A stretch of DNA of 64,000 bases from Dendrobates tinctorius (GCF_039654945.1 NW_027361770.1:21886001-21950000); one strand, 5' to 3'. Positions 11,806 to 25,523 are shown, counted from the first letter of the stretch. The notes: generated by a model not told the origin, from the sequence alone. Numbers and translations are program-made.

Positions 11806-12678
11806 GAAATAGTATGAGAGGCGTCTCCACAGAAAAAACACAGCTTATTACGCCTTCTAAACTCCTGATGTTGCGCCCTAGGCAAAACCCTATCACATTG
11901 CATGGGTTCAGACGTTCGTTCAAAAGGCCGCAATACCTCTCGTGTAGTTTTATGCTCACGTAAACGCCCATCAACTTGAATGGCTAATGACATAGAATCA
12001 TCAAGATCAAAGGGAACAGGAAATCCCACCATAACATCTTTTATGGTTTCTGCCAAACCCTTCCGAATGAGAGAATCGTCATTCCATGTAGTAAGGACCG
12101 CCCACTTTCGGAATTTTTGACAGTATAACTGCAGAATTCTGACCCTGGTTCAATGCCAATAAGGTTTTCTAAGCTTGATCAATAGCATTAGGTTCATCAT
12201 ACAACAACCCCAAGGCTTGAAAAAATGCATCCACATTAGTCAGAATAGGATCTCCAGGTGTCAGAGAAAAAGCCCAATCCTGGGGATCGCCATGCAGCAA
12301 GGAGATGACAATTTTAACCTGCTGCACAGAGCTCCCCGATGAGTAAGGCTGCAAGGCAAGAAATAGTTTACAATTATTCTTAAAATTCAAAAATTTAGAC
12401 CGATCCCCAGAAAACACATCAGGAGTAGGGATTTTTGGTTCAACAGCAGATGATTGAGCGAGATAGGCAGAAATTCCCCGCACTTCAGCAGCGAGTTGCT
12501 CAACACGATCAGACAATTGCTTAATCTCCATTAAAGAAAAAATCCTCCTATGGCCCCAGAGAAAAAGAGGAAAAAAAAAATATATAGATAAAAAAAATTC
12601 AGACACTTTTTTTTTTTTTTTTTACAATTCTCTCCTTCCTTTGAGTACCCTAGAGTCTGCGGTTTAGGCTGATGATTC

Positions 12679-13589
12679 TGTTATGACTGGGTCACCGAGG
12701 AGAAAAGCAAGACCAAGCTAAGCCACAAAAAACAGAGAGTTTGGTAACTAAGCAGATTGCAGACCCCTGATCCTATCCACACAACTAGCAGTAGCCGTGG
12801 AGCGTACCTACAATGATCCTAGATGCCTCGACACAGCCGGAGAGCTAAATAAGCCTAAAGCAAGAAAGGGGAAATCTAAACTGCCTCAGAGCAGACCCCA
12901 AAGGAATAGATAGCCCCCAAACATATATTGTCGGTGAGACAAGATGAAAACACAAACACAGATAGGAAAATAGACTGAGCAAACGATGGGGCCCACACTA
13001 ACTAGACAGGACAGGAAAGGAAAGACGCTGTCTGCAATCATGCAAAAAACCCTGCAAAAAATGTCCAACACGTCTGATAGAAAAATAATGAAGTCGCACG
13101 ACTTCGCCCACTATATCAGCACTCTGGTATATTCTGAAAGCAGAGCAAAAAGAGGCCAATCTAATAAGGGACAAAAACAAACTGGCACAAGCAGTGACAT
13201 ATGGATAGAGATTCAGCACAGCCCCAGCCGGAGCTGGCTGACCACACAAAACTGAAATAGACAAAATCAGTTCAAATGTGAACAATAGCAAAAGAACACT
13301 TAGCTGAGCATACAGGGACTGAGCTGGAAACTAAAACCTCAGGAGGCAGGAAAAAATCACCAGCAGGGATAGAGGGAGTCGGCTGTCTTATATCCAGTCA
13401 GAAACCCCAGATCTCCAATCGTCCTCCTCATTATCAGGTGGCAAGCCTCTGTTAATCAAATCAGCTCCATTACCTCCAGTAACCACCAGAGGCAGCCCAG
13501 AAAGAGAACTTGCGACCCCTCTGTCAATATAACCAGCTCCACTACCTTCACTAGTAACCAGAGATAGGCCAGAAAGTGAAATCACAACA
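12679..13589 (-). repeat. 5' LTR of Gypsy A (about 911 bp)
   Basis: Bounded by TGTTATGA (12679) and TCACAACA (13589), and lies immediately upstream of the minus-strand gag leader. Confidence 0.8.
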
Positions 13590-15508
13590 CAGCTCACTGC
13601 TGAAGTGAGGGGAATTTCTGCCTATCTCGCTCAATCATCTGCTGTAGAACCAAAGATCCCTACTCCTGATGTGTTTTCTGGGGATCGGTCTAAATTTTTG
13701 AATTTTAAGAATAATTGTAAACTTTTTCGCTTTGAAATCTAACTCATCAGGGAGCTCGGTGCAGCAGGTTAAAATTGTCATCTCCTTGCTGCGCAGCGAT
13801 CCCCAGGACTAGGCTTTTTCTCTGACACCTGGAGATCCTATTCTGGCTATTGTGGATGCATTTTTTCAAGCTCTGGGGTTGTTGTATGATGAACCTAATG
13901 CTATTGATCAAGCTGAGAAAACCTTATTGGCACTGAACCAGGGTCAGGATGTTGCAGAGTTATATTGTCAAAAATTCCAAAAGTGGGCGGTCCTTACTAA
14001 ATGGAATAATGATGCCCTAGCAGCTCTCTTTCGGAAAGGTCTGGCAGAAACCATAAAAGATGTTATGGTGAGATTTCCTGTCCCCTTGGGTCTTAACGAC
14101 TCTATGTAATTAGCCATTCAAATTGATCGACGTTTACATGAACGTAAAACTACGCGAGAGGCGGTACTGGCTTTCGAACAAACTTCTGGACCCATGCAAT
14201 GTGATAGGGTTTTGTCTAGGGCGCAACATCAAGTGTTTAGAAGGTATAATAAGTTGTGCTTCTTTTGTGGGGAAGTCTCTCATACTATTTCTGTCTGCCC
14301 TAAGCGAGAAAAACGTTTTGCTCACTCATTTGCGGTGGGCACTGTACAGCCTAAGTTCCTTTTGGCGGTTACCTTGATCTGCTCCTTGTCTACATTTTCT
14401 GCTAAGGCTTTTGTTGATTCAGGAGCAGCTTTGAATCTGATGGATTTTGACTTTGCCAAACATTGTGGTTTTCCCATGATACCCCTGCGGACTCCTATCC
14501 CTTTGAGGGGTATTGATATTACTCCTTTGGCAGATTATAAACCCCAGTTTTGGACCCAGGTGATAATGCGGGTCGCCCCGGACCACCAAGGGAATTGTAA
14601 ATTTTTGTTGTTGCACAATTTGCATGTTACTATTGTTCTGGGTTTTCCTTGGTTGCAAACTCATAATCCTGTTTTGGACTGGAAATCTGTGTATGTGGTG
14701 AGTTGGGGTTGTCAATGTGTTCTTAGTGACACTCCTGTTTTCTCCACTTCTCCCCAGTCTCATGATATTCCTATTTGGCTGATTTTTCTGATGTATTTAG
14801 TGAGAGTAAGTCTGCGTCTTTGCCTCCTCATAGGTGTTATGACAGTGCAATTGTGTTAATACCCGGGTGTAAATTTCCCAAGAGTCGGCTTTTCAACTTA
14901 TCGTTACCCGAACATGATGCTATGCGATCTTATATCAAGGAGTCGTTGGAGAAGGGTCATATTAGACCATCCTCTTCACCTTTATATGCTGTTTTTTTTG
15001 TGGCCAAGAAAGATAGCTCATTAAGGCCATGTATTGTCTATCGCTCCCTTAACAAAATCACTGTTAAATATCAGTACCCATTACCCCTGATTTCTGATTT
15101 ATTTTCCAGAGATAAAAGTGCCTGTTGGTTTACCAAACTTGACCTCAGGGGGCATATAATCTTATTTGCATCAAGCACGGGGATGAATGGAAGACGGCGT
15201 TTAATATCCCGGAAGGACATTTTGAGTACCTGGTGATGCCTTTGGGGCACACTAATGCCCCTTCTGTCTTCCAATCTTTTAAGAACGATATTTTCCAGGA
15301 CTTTGTGGATAAGTTGTTGATCATTTATCTGGATGATATTTTGATCTTTTCCAGTGATTGGGATTCTCATGTGGAACATGTCCGGACTGTGTTCCGGATT
15401 TTGAGGGAAAATTCTCTGTATGTTAAGGGATCGAAATGTCTCTTTGGTGTACAGAGGATTTCATTTTTGGGATTCATTTTGTCCCCGTCTACTATTGAAA
15501 TGGATCCC
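13590..15508 (+). pseudogene. Gypsy gag-protease-RT fragment of the same family as element A, in the opposite orientation
   Basis: gag (QLTAEVRGISAYLAQSSAVEP...), CFFCGEVSHTISVC, protease FVDSGA, RT motifs YPLPLISDL, TKLDLRG, MPLGHTNAPSVFQ and YLDDILIFS. It is frameshifted and truncated at IEMDP. Confidence 0.92.
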
Positions 15509-17685
15509 TGTGCTGCAGGACTATAGCAGCAAGACTCTCAACAACCCTGGGAATGGCACCTGGTGGATGCCGCAGGACCTTGCAGCCGCTTAGTTCAGCC
15601 CGTCCCGTGCAAGGGTTGAGTCTGGGACCAGTGGTTCTCCAAGCTTGATTACATTTATGTTTTTCCCTTATTTTCTGTTAACCTGCTGTTTGCAAAGTGA
15701 CATTAAACCACTGAATTTAGACTTTAAGCCTGTGTGTTGCCTCGTTACTGCAGCCCTGCTATTACCTACCAGGGCGAATCCCTACACAGGGTATAGTACT
15801 TTTTTTTTTTTTAACAAGTTTTTGTAGCAGGTAGCAGCCAGAAATAATGCTGTATCCCCACTGCACCCACTTTGCTTTCCCAGACTGACCAGTTTTGGCT
15901 GTACTCAGGGTCTGGGCCGTAATCATATCCACTATTAATTGGAACAGAATGTTGCACAAAGAGGATGTAACATTATTTTCTCCCTACTCAACTTCCTGCA
16001 ACAATGTTATCTTTTATAAGCTCCATGAACTGCCATTACATGGAGATGAAACTTGGTGATGACAGGTTCCCTAAAAAACCTCCAGTCCCAAAGTTTCACA
16101 ATGAATTCATAATTTATATTTAGAAATCCTAGGGTCTTGTTTTTTAATCTTTTACTCTGTTCCATAGATTCAAAATTAGGTTTTCAATTTTGTAAAGTGG
16201 CTGCTGGCTTCTCAGACTAATGTATGCACACTATGTCCACAACACTTTCCTCTGCTGAAAAGTCAGCAGGTTTTTGCTACCTCACGTGAGAGCAGCCATT
16301 GTAAGAGGTTGGAGCCGGTTCCTGATGCACGCAGGCACCTAGTCCAGCAGCGATAATCTCTTGCAGATAAAACTCAGGGTGAGTTTCCATGGTCCGGAAT
16401 ACATCCGGAATAGGTGAGGATTGAACGTTGCATACAGCCGCAGCATTTAATCCGCAGCGTCCAGATGTTATAGCATAGAGGAGGGAATTTTATGAAATCC
16501 CGTCTCCACTATGCGTCCTAATACGCGGGTGATACACCGGCGAAACCGGACATGTGGCGCATCTTTTTAGACCGTATCCACAGCTTGTTCTTATTTTATT
16601 TCTACCGATATACATGGGTGTACACATGCATATTGGATGAGTACATTTACTTGATTTGAGAAAGTGTAAATGCATGCATATGTATATGTGAGTATATATG
16701 TGTGTATGTGTGTGCACATGTGTGTGTGCTTTCATACATGTAGGTGAATGTATAAGTGAGTATATGTGTGGTTGTAGTTAGATTTGGCAAAATTCAACAA
16801 TTTTGCCTTATTCATTGCATATAGTACAAACATGCCCCGTTTTACCAGCAGTACGCCAGTTTATCTCTAGTAATGTATAATTGCAATACTCTTATCCCAC
16901 TTCCATCTTTACATATAATACATGCAAGTGCAACTTTGACCTTTCACGCATGCGCAGTCACTGACTTTTTGCCACACTTACGTTTTCATCCTTTTACACA
17001 TCATGCCCCACTTCTGTCCTTAGAAACACTCTGCACAGGCGCGGTTTGGTCCCCGTATTGCCGTACTTTCTCCTCACAGCTGCATTCCATCCGTGTCCTG
17101 TTTTACTCATTATAAAAAGACGCTCATCCTAATGTAACATACACCCACGTTGCACGTGGCGGCATAGCCCTTGATTTCCCCATTTCAACTGAGTAAGGTT
17201 AGTATTTCTTCTGTTTTTTTCATGCACATGCCTACTTAACAAAATCATTTTCTTTTGCTATCATCTTTTACATTCTACCCCTTTTTTCTCTCTGAGAGTT
17301 CTGAACCTTATGTCTAAAGCCACACAGGCACCTTTTCTTTAATATTATACTTTTTTCTTTATCATAGTATTATACCTTTTGCACCCTCCTCATAAAATCT
17401 GATAACTGCTTTAAGCTTGGTTGTAAATCATAGTATTTGTTATGTGAACTTTTGCTTTTTCTGTGTTTTCACAGTACTACGTTATAATCTATTATGGATG
17501 ATGGAATGCCCTTATGAATGTTTATGCTATTCATTCATGACAAATCTTTGTCATTTTATTTATATTTATTTTATTTTGTCCCCTTTTTTCCTTTATATGA
17601 TACATCAGTCATTGAATTTATTATGACTTCATGCTATTTGTTATTCTATTTTTGTAATTACTATTATATTCTTTATTTAGATAAT

Positions 17686-17725
17686 TAGCTTGACAAAGGT
17701 CAAATAGGCTGAAACGTTGGTGGTA
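17686..17725 (+). ncRNA. Non-canonical hammerhead-like motif in the left pseudo-LTR
   Basis: CTTGACAA-A-GGTC-AAATA-GGCT-GAAACGTT, at the same position as in the right copy. Confidence 0.5.
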
Positions 17726-17887
17726 CTGTGTGACTGATGACATTAAATAAAGTTTTCAAGCTAAAAGTATTTTAAGCCTCAGGTTTTGCATTATTGCTTT
17801 ATCTATTTTCCTGACAGCATTGGCTAGCTCTTCCCATTATTCATTTGTTTATATATTGAATCCTTTTGGGGTTTCAGCAGCCTTGAC

Positions 17888-20862
17888 ATGATGTCTTTTG
17901 ACACCTTGTCTTATAATCAGAGGTGGAATCCATCATCGCCCAGGTTAATATACCTGGCAAGTTTTTACATACACCAACTGACCAACTTTGATCTCGTGAT
18001 TATGAAAGAATTTGTAAGAAGACGGCATTGCAACTCCACTACGTTACATTAGCCGAATACCATGAAGTTCAAAGGATACCAAGAGGCCTTCGTGTCCCAT
18101 TGAGTCCCACTCTTTTTTCAGATAAAGTAGATTTTTGTGGCAAATTTGAAGTAATATTAAACAAATGCTCCATGGACTTAATTTTATTAACTGTAAAATT
18201 CCTACAAAAAGAAATATCTGCTATTGAAACAGAAATCAATAATGCTGAACAACAGTTGCGTAGCACACTTTCCCAGGAAGAATTTAATAAAATTAAGTCA
18301 CAGGTGGATAAATCTATTATTGAATTTCAGTCTCAATTTCAAGAATGGAAAAGACAGAAGTTCCTTAGAGATGCTGATGACTACCAACAGAACCAGGTTT
18401 AACCCAGGAAAAACCGCAGTTCCTCTAGGGATTCATCATTCTCAAACAGCTCTGTCAGTGATGGCTCAAAAGTTTCTTTTCGTTCCTTTGAACAGAGACG
18501 GGGAAGGGGACAGAGGAACCAGAATAACAGAGGAAATGAAGGAGGGATGGATTTTACATCGTCTCACATGCAGACTCGTTCTCAGGAACTTCCTGATCAA
18601 CTTGTATATAATATTTCTTCCTATATTTTATCTCCATCAAAGATGTCTGCATTTCAAAAAGGCCTTTCGTTCCGTCCTACACCAAGATTTAAAGAATTTA
18701 TTTTGAACCAAGAGATTCAACAGTTTTATAGATCTCTTCACCTCAAAGTTCATTTCTCAAAAGATCAGTCACTAATGCAACCCTCTGTGGTTGACTCATC
18801 ATCTAGTTCCACTCCCAGTTTGGATATATTTACTTTAAGAAAAATGAGCCTATATAAACATAATAATTATACTCCACCTAGATGTTATCATCCAGTAGAG
18901 ACATATATTGCATTGGTCCAAAAGGACATTAAGGATCAATTACATAAGATTCATCATGGACGTTTCCATATTTTAAACAATATCTCAAGAACTGAACGTA
19001 TGGCCATAGATGGACCTTATGATAAAAAACAACTTGTTATCAAGCCCGCAGATAAGGGCGGCTCTATTGTTGTAGTGGATAAACAATATTTTTGGAATGA
19101 GATTTATTCTCAACTTAATAATACACATACTTATCTCCCTGTTTCCTCTGACCCTTCCCCTTCAATAATTAATGGAATTCGTCAAATGCAGCACTTTCTA
19201 TCCCTAGGAGTCATTGACACTAAATTAAGCGATTTTTTGATTAACCCATATCCCATAGTACCTGTTGTTTACACATTATCAAAAATCCATAAAAACCTCA
19301 CACAATCCCCTGGCAGGCCAATTGTTGCTTCAACTAACTCGTTATTGTCACCATTATCTATAGTGTTAGAAAAGATTCCCTCTCCTCTTCTGCATCTTAT
19401 CCCTTCATGGCTTCGAGACACATCTCATTTTTTGTCTTTCATACGTAATTTAAAACAAATACCAACTAATTGCTTTTTGGTCACTTTGGATGTTACTTGT
19501 CTGTACACCAGCATCAGTCACACTAGGGGTATTCAAGCAGTCCAAGAATTCTTGGATAATAATATCAATTTTTCTATTGATATGAAGACTTTTTGTATCT
19601 CTATGTTAACCCTTGTTCTTACCAAAAAATTTTTATGTTTGAGGATACGTTTTTCATTCAAATCACTGGAACAGCAATGGGCTCTAATGTTGCGCCCCTT
19701 TATGCCAACATTTATATGGCACAATTTGAATTAGAGTCTATATATTCTCATCCCCTATTCCAGCAGTACTCAGTACTCTGGAAGAGGTACATAGATGACT
19801 TTTTCCTCATTTGGTCAGGAGATCTTAATTCCCTAAAAACCTTTTTTCAGAATATTAACACAAAAATTGAGGGATTAACCTTCACTATGCAATATGATTC
19901 TACTTCTATTGCATTTCTTGATGCTAAGATTTATGTAGATAGAGAAGGATTTCTCTCTACTGATCTTTTGGTCAAACCGACCGATAGAAATAGTTTCCTG
20001 CACTATACTAGTTGCCATCCAAAACACATAAAAAAATCTCTTCCTAGATCACAATTTCATCGCATTAATCGTATAGTCTCTGATAATCTTAATCAGGGTT
20101 TTCAGTTCACTGAAATGAAATCAAAATTTCTGGCTAGAGGATATCCTGATTCTCTGTTATATTCTTCTTCCATATCAACATCTAAATCAATAAATAAATC
20201 TTTACAGAATAGCTTTTGTGAACACTTATCACTCTTTCATTTATCTAGTTCACAAGATTATCCGGCAACATTGGTGACTCCTCTCTAATTCTTACCCAGA
20301 TATTAGGGAATTTCAAGTCCCTCCATTAATTTGCCATAAACACTGAATTTGCCTAACCTTCTGGTTAGGGCTGATATAGGTAGCCCATGGGAAAAGAACA
20401 AGCAGACTCTTTTTATGCCACTACGTAAAGGGACATTTCCATGCTTACATTATCTTCAGTGTTCTAACATCATCAAAGGTGACACATTCACACATCCCAG
20501 ATCTGGTAAAACTTTCCAGATTAAGGATTACTATTATTGTGAACCTTCTTACGCAATATATTTGATCAAATGTCCATGCAGTCTCGGATATGTTGGGGAA
20601 ACTAGCCAGCATATCTGGGACCGCATCTCTTAACACAAATCTACAATCCATTGTAAGAGAAATATACTACCCATACCAGCACATTTTATTGCCCATAATC
20701 ACAGTTTCACAACTTTGCTATCAGATGATTGAAAGTGTACCTCTGGCCAGGAGAGGAGGGAACTGAATACAAAAATTGAAAGAAAGGGAGGCATAGTGGA
20801 TCTATGTCCTTCAAACATTAGAACCATATCACCTTAACAGGGAATGTGATTATTTTCATTAA
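17888..20862 (+). pseudogene. Penelope RT plus GIY-YIG endonuclease polyprotein with frameshifts and stops
   Basis: IKPADKGGSIVV, KIHK..PGRPIVAS, TLDVTCLYTSI, GTAMGSNVAPLYANIYM, RYIDD, KPTDRNSFLHYTSCHP, Cys linker FPCLHYLQC, GIY-YIG AIYLIKCPCSLGYVGET, and a C-terminal TLEP.HLNRE. Confidence 0.93.
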
Positions 20863-22327
20863 TTTTTCATTTATCAAATGTTTATTTTTTATTCTTTATT
20901 ATCTATTATGCCTATGGATTATCTTATTGGTTTTCTTGATCCATTGTTTGTGTTGTTGAGCTGTGATGTCCTACTCTTCTTCTAATTAATTCAATTTATT
21001 TTATTTAATTTTATTTAATTTTATTAATATATCCTTTGTTTTCTTTTACAGACTTAATTGCAGAAATCAGGTATTCACCTTCGGTTCTTGTCTTCTTCTT
21101 CTTGGTGTACAGCTTGTTCTTATTTTATTTTATTTCTACTGATATACATGGGTGTACACATGCAAATTGGATATGTACATTTAATTGGTTTGAGAAAGTG
21201 TAAAAGCATGCATTTGTATGTATATGTGAGTATATATGTGTGTGTGTGCACGTGTGTGTGTGTGTTTGCTTACATGTAGGTGAATGAATGTAGGTGAATG
21301 TATAGGTGAGAACGGTATATGGGTGGTTGTAGTTAGATTAGGATACATGCAAATGTATATATATACAGTATATATATATATTATTTCTGGTGGGGCCATT
21401 TTCCGTCTTTTAGGACAAATAGTATTTAAATATAGATTCAACAAATTTGCCTTAGTCATTGCATATAGTGCAAACATGCCCCATTTTACCAGTACGCCAG
21501 TTTATCTCTAGTAATGTATAATTGCAATGCTCTTGCTCTACTTCCGTCTTTACATATAATACACGCAAGCGTGACTTTAACCTTTCGTGCATGCGCAGTC
21601 ACTGACTTTTTGTCATGCTTCCTTTTTCATCATTTTACACACCATGCCCCACTTCCATCCTTAGGGATGCTCTACGCAAGCACGGTTTGGTCCCCGTATT
21701 GCCGCACCTCCTTCTCACAGCTGCATTCCATCCGTGTCCCGTTTTACTCATTATAAAAAGTCGCTCATCCTCATGTAACATACACCCACGTTGCACGCAG
21801 CGGCATAGCCTTTGATTTCCCCATTTCAACTGAGTAAGGTTAGTATTTCTTCTGTTTTTTTTCATGCACATGCCTACTTAACAAAATCGTTTTCTTTTGC
21901 TATCATCTTTTACATTCTACCCCTTTTTTCTCTCTCAGAGTTCTGAACCTTATATATAAAGCCACATAGGCACCTTTTCTTTAATATAATACTTTTTTCT
22001 TTATCATAGTATTATACCTTTTGCACCCTCCTCATTAAACCCGATAACTGCTTTAAGCTTGGTTGTAAATCATAGTATTTGTGATACGAACTTTTGCTTT
22101 CTTTGTGCTTTCACAGTACTACATTATAAACTATTATTGATGATGGAATCCCATTATGAATGTTTATGCTATTCATTCATGACAAATCTTTGTCATTTTA
22201 TTTATATTTATTTTATTTTGTCCCCTTTTTTCCTTTATATGATACATCAGTCATTGAATTTATTATGACTTCATGTTATTTGTTATTCTATTTTTGTAAT
22301 TAGTGTTATATTCTTTATTTAGATAAT

Positions 22328-22364
22328 TACCTTGACAAAGGCCAAATAGGCCGAAACGGTGGTA
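22328..22364 (+). ncRNA. Non-canonical hammerhead-like motif in the right pseudo-LTR
   Basis: TACC-TTGACAA-A-GGCC-AAATA-GGCC-GAAAC-GGT-GGTA: stems I and II pair, and the core is UUGACAA instead of CUGANGA. Confidence 0.55.
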
Positions 22365-23423
22365 CTGTGTGATTGATGACATTAAATAAAGTTTTCAAGC
22401 TAAAAGTATTTTAAGCCTCAGGTTTTGCATTATTGATTTATCTATTTTCCTGATGGCATTGGCTAGCTCTCCCCATTATTCATTTGTTTATCCCCCAGAC
22501 ATCGATTACTGTATGGTATATTGTTGGTTTATTATTTTACTTTTATTACAGGAGATCGAGGGCTTCGCAGGAATTAGATGTGGTCATAAATATGGTTTAA
22601 TTAAGAATATTAAAGGAGTGTCTTTATTTCAATTAAAAGATTTTTTACTGGGTGTCTGTTTTGTCTTTACAATTTGACTATGGGGTTAGTAATAGGGGTG
22701 TCTTATTGATGCCTCTCCATTACAAACCTAGGGGCTTGATGCCACAAAGGTGACAACAACCCCCCAACTATTACCCTACTTGTCACCTCTACAGGGCAAG
22801 TGGGAAGAGCCAGGCTAAATGCGAGAATTGGCGCATCTTACAGATGCACCTTTTTTGGGGCAGCTGAGAGCTAATGTTTTTAGCCGGGGGGGCAGTAGCC
22901 ATGGCCTCTTCCTAGGCTACTAATATCAGCCCGCAGCTGTCTGCATAGCCTTTGCAAGCTATTAATTATAGGGGACCCCATTTTAATAGCCAGTAAAAGC
23001 TAAGTATACAGCTGTGAGCTGATGTTAGTAGCCTGGGAAGCTCCATGGGTATTACCCCCCTTCCCAGGCTATAATCATCTGTCCCCAGCTGGTTGACTTA
23101 CCCCCTGCTGATAAGGAAATTTGCGTGGGAGCCCACACCATTTTTTTCAGAAAAATAATCTTTTATTAATTAAATATATGTCAGCAATTTGCACACGCAC
23201 TGTATTAATTGTATTTGTCACCGACATCTATATAGCTACTGTTCTAATTATATTTGTCACTGACATCTATATATCTACCTATTGTATTTGTATTTACTGT
23301 ATGTAAACTATCTCTTCTATCCTGTCGGATCCTGCAGTGATTTTACAGAACCCAGCAGATGTATAAACGGCTTTTCTTCTATCTATCTCTCTATGCAATA
23401 TAAATATATATATATCTAATATA

Positions 23424-24644
23424 CACTCACTGGCCACTTTATTAGGTACACCATGCTAGTAAGGGGTTGGACCCCCTTTTGCCTTCAGAACTGCCTCAAT
23501 TCTTCGTGGCAGAGATTCAACAAGGTGCTGGAAGCATTCCTCAGAGATTTTGGACCATATTGACATGATGGCATCACACAGTTGGCGCAGATTTGTCGGC
23601 TGCACATCCCTGATGCGAATCTCCCGTTCCACCACATCCCAAAGATGCTCTATTGGATTGAGATCTGGTGACTGAGGAGGCCATTTGAGTACAGTAAACT
23701 CATTGTCATGTTCAAGAAACCAATCTGAGATGATTCGAGCTTTATGACATGGCGCATTATCCTGCTGAAAGTAGCCATCAGATGTTGGGTACATTGTGGT
23801 CATAAAGGGATGGACATGGTCAGCAACAATACTCAGGTAGGCTGTGGCGTTGCAACGATGCTCAATTGGTACCAAGGGGCCCAAAGAGTGCCCAGAAAAA
23901 ATTCTCCACACCATGACACCACCACCACCAGCCTGAACCGTTGATACAAGGCAGGATGGATCCATGCTTTCATGTTGTTTACGCCAAATTCTGACCCTAC
24001 CATCCGAATGTCGCAGCAGAAATCGAGACTCATCAGACCAGGCAACGTTTTTCCAATCTTCTACTGTCCAATTTCGATGAGCTTGTGCAAATTGTAGCCT
24101 CAGTTTCCTGTTCTTAGCTGAGAGGAGTGGTACCCAGTGTGGTCTTCTGCTGCTGTAGCCCATCTGCCTCAAAGTTCGACGCACTGTGCGTTCAGAGATG
24201 CTCTTCTGCCTACCTTGGTTGTAACGGGTGGCAATTTGAGTCACTGTTGCCTTTCTATCAGCTCGAACCAGTCTGCCCATTCTCCTCTGACCTCTGGCAT
24301 CAACATGGCATTTCCGGCCACAGAACTGCCGCTCACTGGATTTTTTTTCTTTTTCGGACCATTCTCTGTAAACCCTAGAGATGGTTGTGCGTGAAAATCC
24401 CAGTAGATCAGCAGTTTCTGAAATTCTCAGACCAGCCCTTCTGGCACCAACAATCATGCCACGTTCAAAGGCACTCAAATCACCTTTCTTCCCCATACTG
24501 ATGCTCGGTTTGAACTGCAGGAGATTGTCTTGACCATGTCTACATGCCTAAATGCACTGAGTTGCCGCCATGTGATTGGCTGATTAGAAATTAAGTCTTA
24601 ACACACAGTTGGACAGGTGTACCTAATAAAGTGGCCAGTGAGTG
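23424..24644 (-). mobile_element. Intact Tc1/mariner DD36E (Incomer type) transposon, 1221 bp
   Basis: Perfect 29-bp TIRs CACTCACTGGCCACTTTATTAGGTACACC, TA duplication at 23422-23423 and 24645-24646, and a single uninterrupted ORF. Confidence 0.97.
23456..24496 (-). CDS. Tc1/mariner DD36E transposase, 346 aa
   Basis: N-terminal HTH region; catalytic [15 protein letters not shown] and [11 protein letters not shown] with 36 residues between the second D and the E; no stops. Confidence 0.97.
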   Translation of the reverse strand: MGKKGDLSAFERGMIVGARRAGLRISETADLLGFSRTTISRVYREWSEKEKKSSERQFCGRKCHVDARGQRRMGRLVRADRKATVTQIATRYNQGRQKSISERTVRRTLRQMGYSSRRPHWVPLLSAKNRKLRLQFAQAHRNWTVEDWKNVAWSDESRFLLRHSDGRVRIWRKQHESMDPSCLVSTVQAGGGGVMVWRIFSGHSLGPLVPIEHRCNATAYLSIVADHVHPFMTTMYPTSDGYFQQDNAPCHKARIISDWFLEHDNEFTVLKWPPQSPDLNPIEHLWDVVEREIRIRDVQPTNLRQLCDAIMSIWSKISEECFQHLVESLPRRIEAVLKAKGGPTPY

Positions 24645-24974
24645 TATAAAGCTCAAGTGTGTGAATGTATGTATGTATGTGTGTGTGTGTGTGTGTATAT
24701 CCAGGATTGGCATCTGCACTGTCACAGCTACAGCCACAAAATTTGGCACAGTCACACGTCTGGACCCCGAGAGTGTCCTAGGCTATGTTGTGAGGCGAAA
24801 TTTTAACCCCGCGCATTCCAATTCACCAAACAATTTTGCCCCTATCTACATAATGGGAAAAAAGTGTGTGTGTATCAAGCCCTGCCCCTCATTATGATGT
24901 CATAATGGTTGCCATGGCAACACTGATGTCATCATAGGTTGCAAGCCCCGCCGCTCATTATGATGTCATAATGG

Positions 24975-25416
24975 TTGACTATGGGAAGGACGATGTGTGA
25001 TGGGTATATGGGCACTGGACTATGGGATGGAGGATATGTATGACGGGTATATGGGCACGGGACTAGGGGATGGAGGATGTTTGATGGGTATATGGTCACT
25101 GGACTATGGGATGGAGGATATGTATGACGGGTATATGGGCACGTGACTATGGGATGGCGGATATGTATGATGGGTATATGGGCACGGGACTATGGGATGG
25201 AGGATATGTATGATGGGTATATGGGCATGGGACTATGAGATGAAGGATGTGTGATGGGTATATGGGCACTCGACTATTGGATGGCGAATATGTATGATGG
25301 GTATATGGGCATGGGACTATGGGATGGAGGATGTGTGATGGGTATATGGGCACTCGACTATGGGACGGAGGATATGTATGATGGGTATATGGGCAAGGGA
25401 CTATGGGATGGAGGAT
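24975..25416. repeat. 38-43-bp G-rich minisatellite inside the Helitron (also about 28165-28646 and 57788-58440)
   Basis: Repeating GATGGGTATATGGGCACGGGACTATGGGATGGAGGATATGTAT units. Confidence 0.9.
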
Positions 25417-25484
25417 AATTATAATTTGCTATAACTAACCACAGTTAGTTACTATGCCCGGGCAGCGTCGGGCTCTTCAGCTAG

Positions 25485-25523
<39 letters not shown>

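Larger units (their letters stand above)
8547..13589 (-). mobile_element. Ty3/Gypsy element A (5' LTR, gag, start of protease), interrupted by Gypsy B and the hAT element
   Basis: gag ORF 12169-12606 (PKIPTPDVFSGDRSKFLNFKNNCKLF), zinc knuckle CFFCGDASH near 11810-11845, and a protease segment at 8547-8711 that is the reverse complement of about 14353-14517. Confidence 0.9.
16580..22490 (+). mobile_element. Penelope-like retroelement (Neptune-like) with direct pseudo-LTRs at 16580-17851 and 21110-22490
   Basis: Direct repeats of about 1.3 kb flank an RT plus GIY-YIG coding region. Each repeat has a hammerhead-like motif near its 3' end. Confidence 0.92.
23415..25484 (+). mobile_element. Non-autonomous Helitron copy 1, with the Tc1 element inserted in its 5' end
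   Basis: 5' TCTAATA(TA)TAAAGCTC; 3' GC-rich hairpin GCCCGGGCAGCGTCGGGC followed by CTAG; inserted between A and T; internal minisatellite. Confidence 0.88.
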
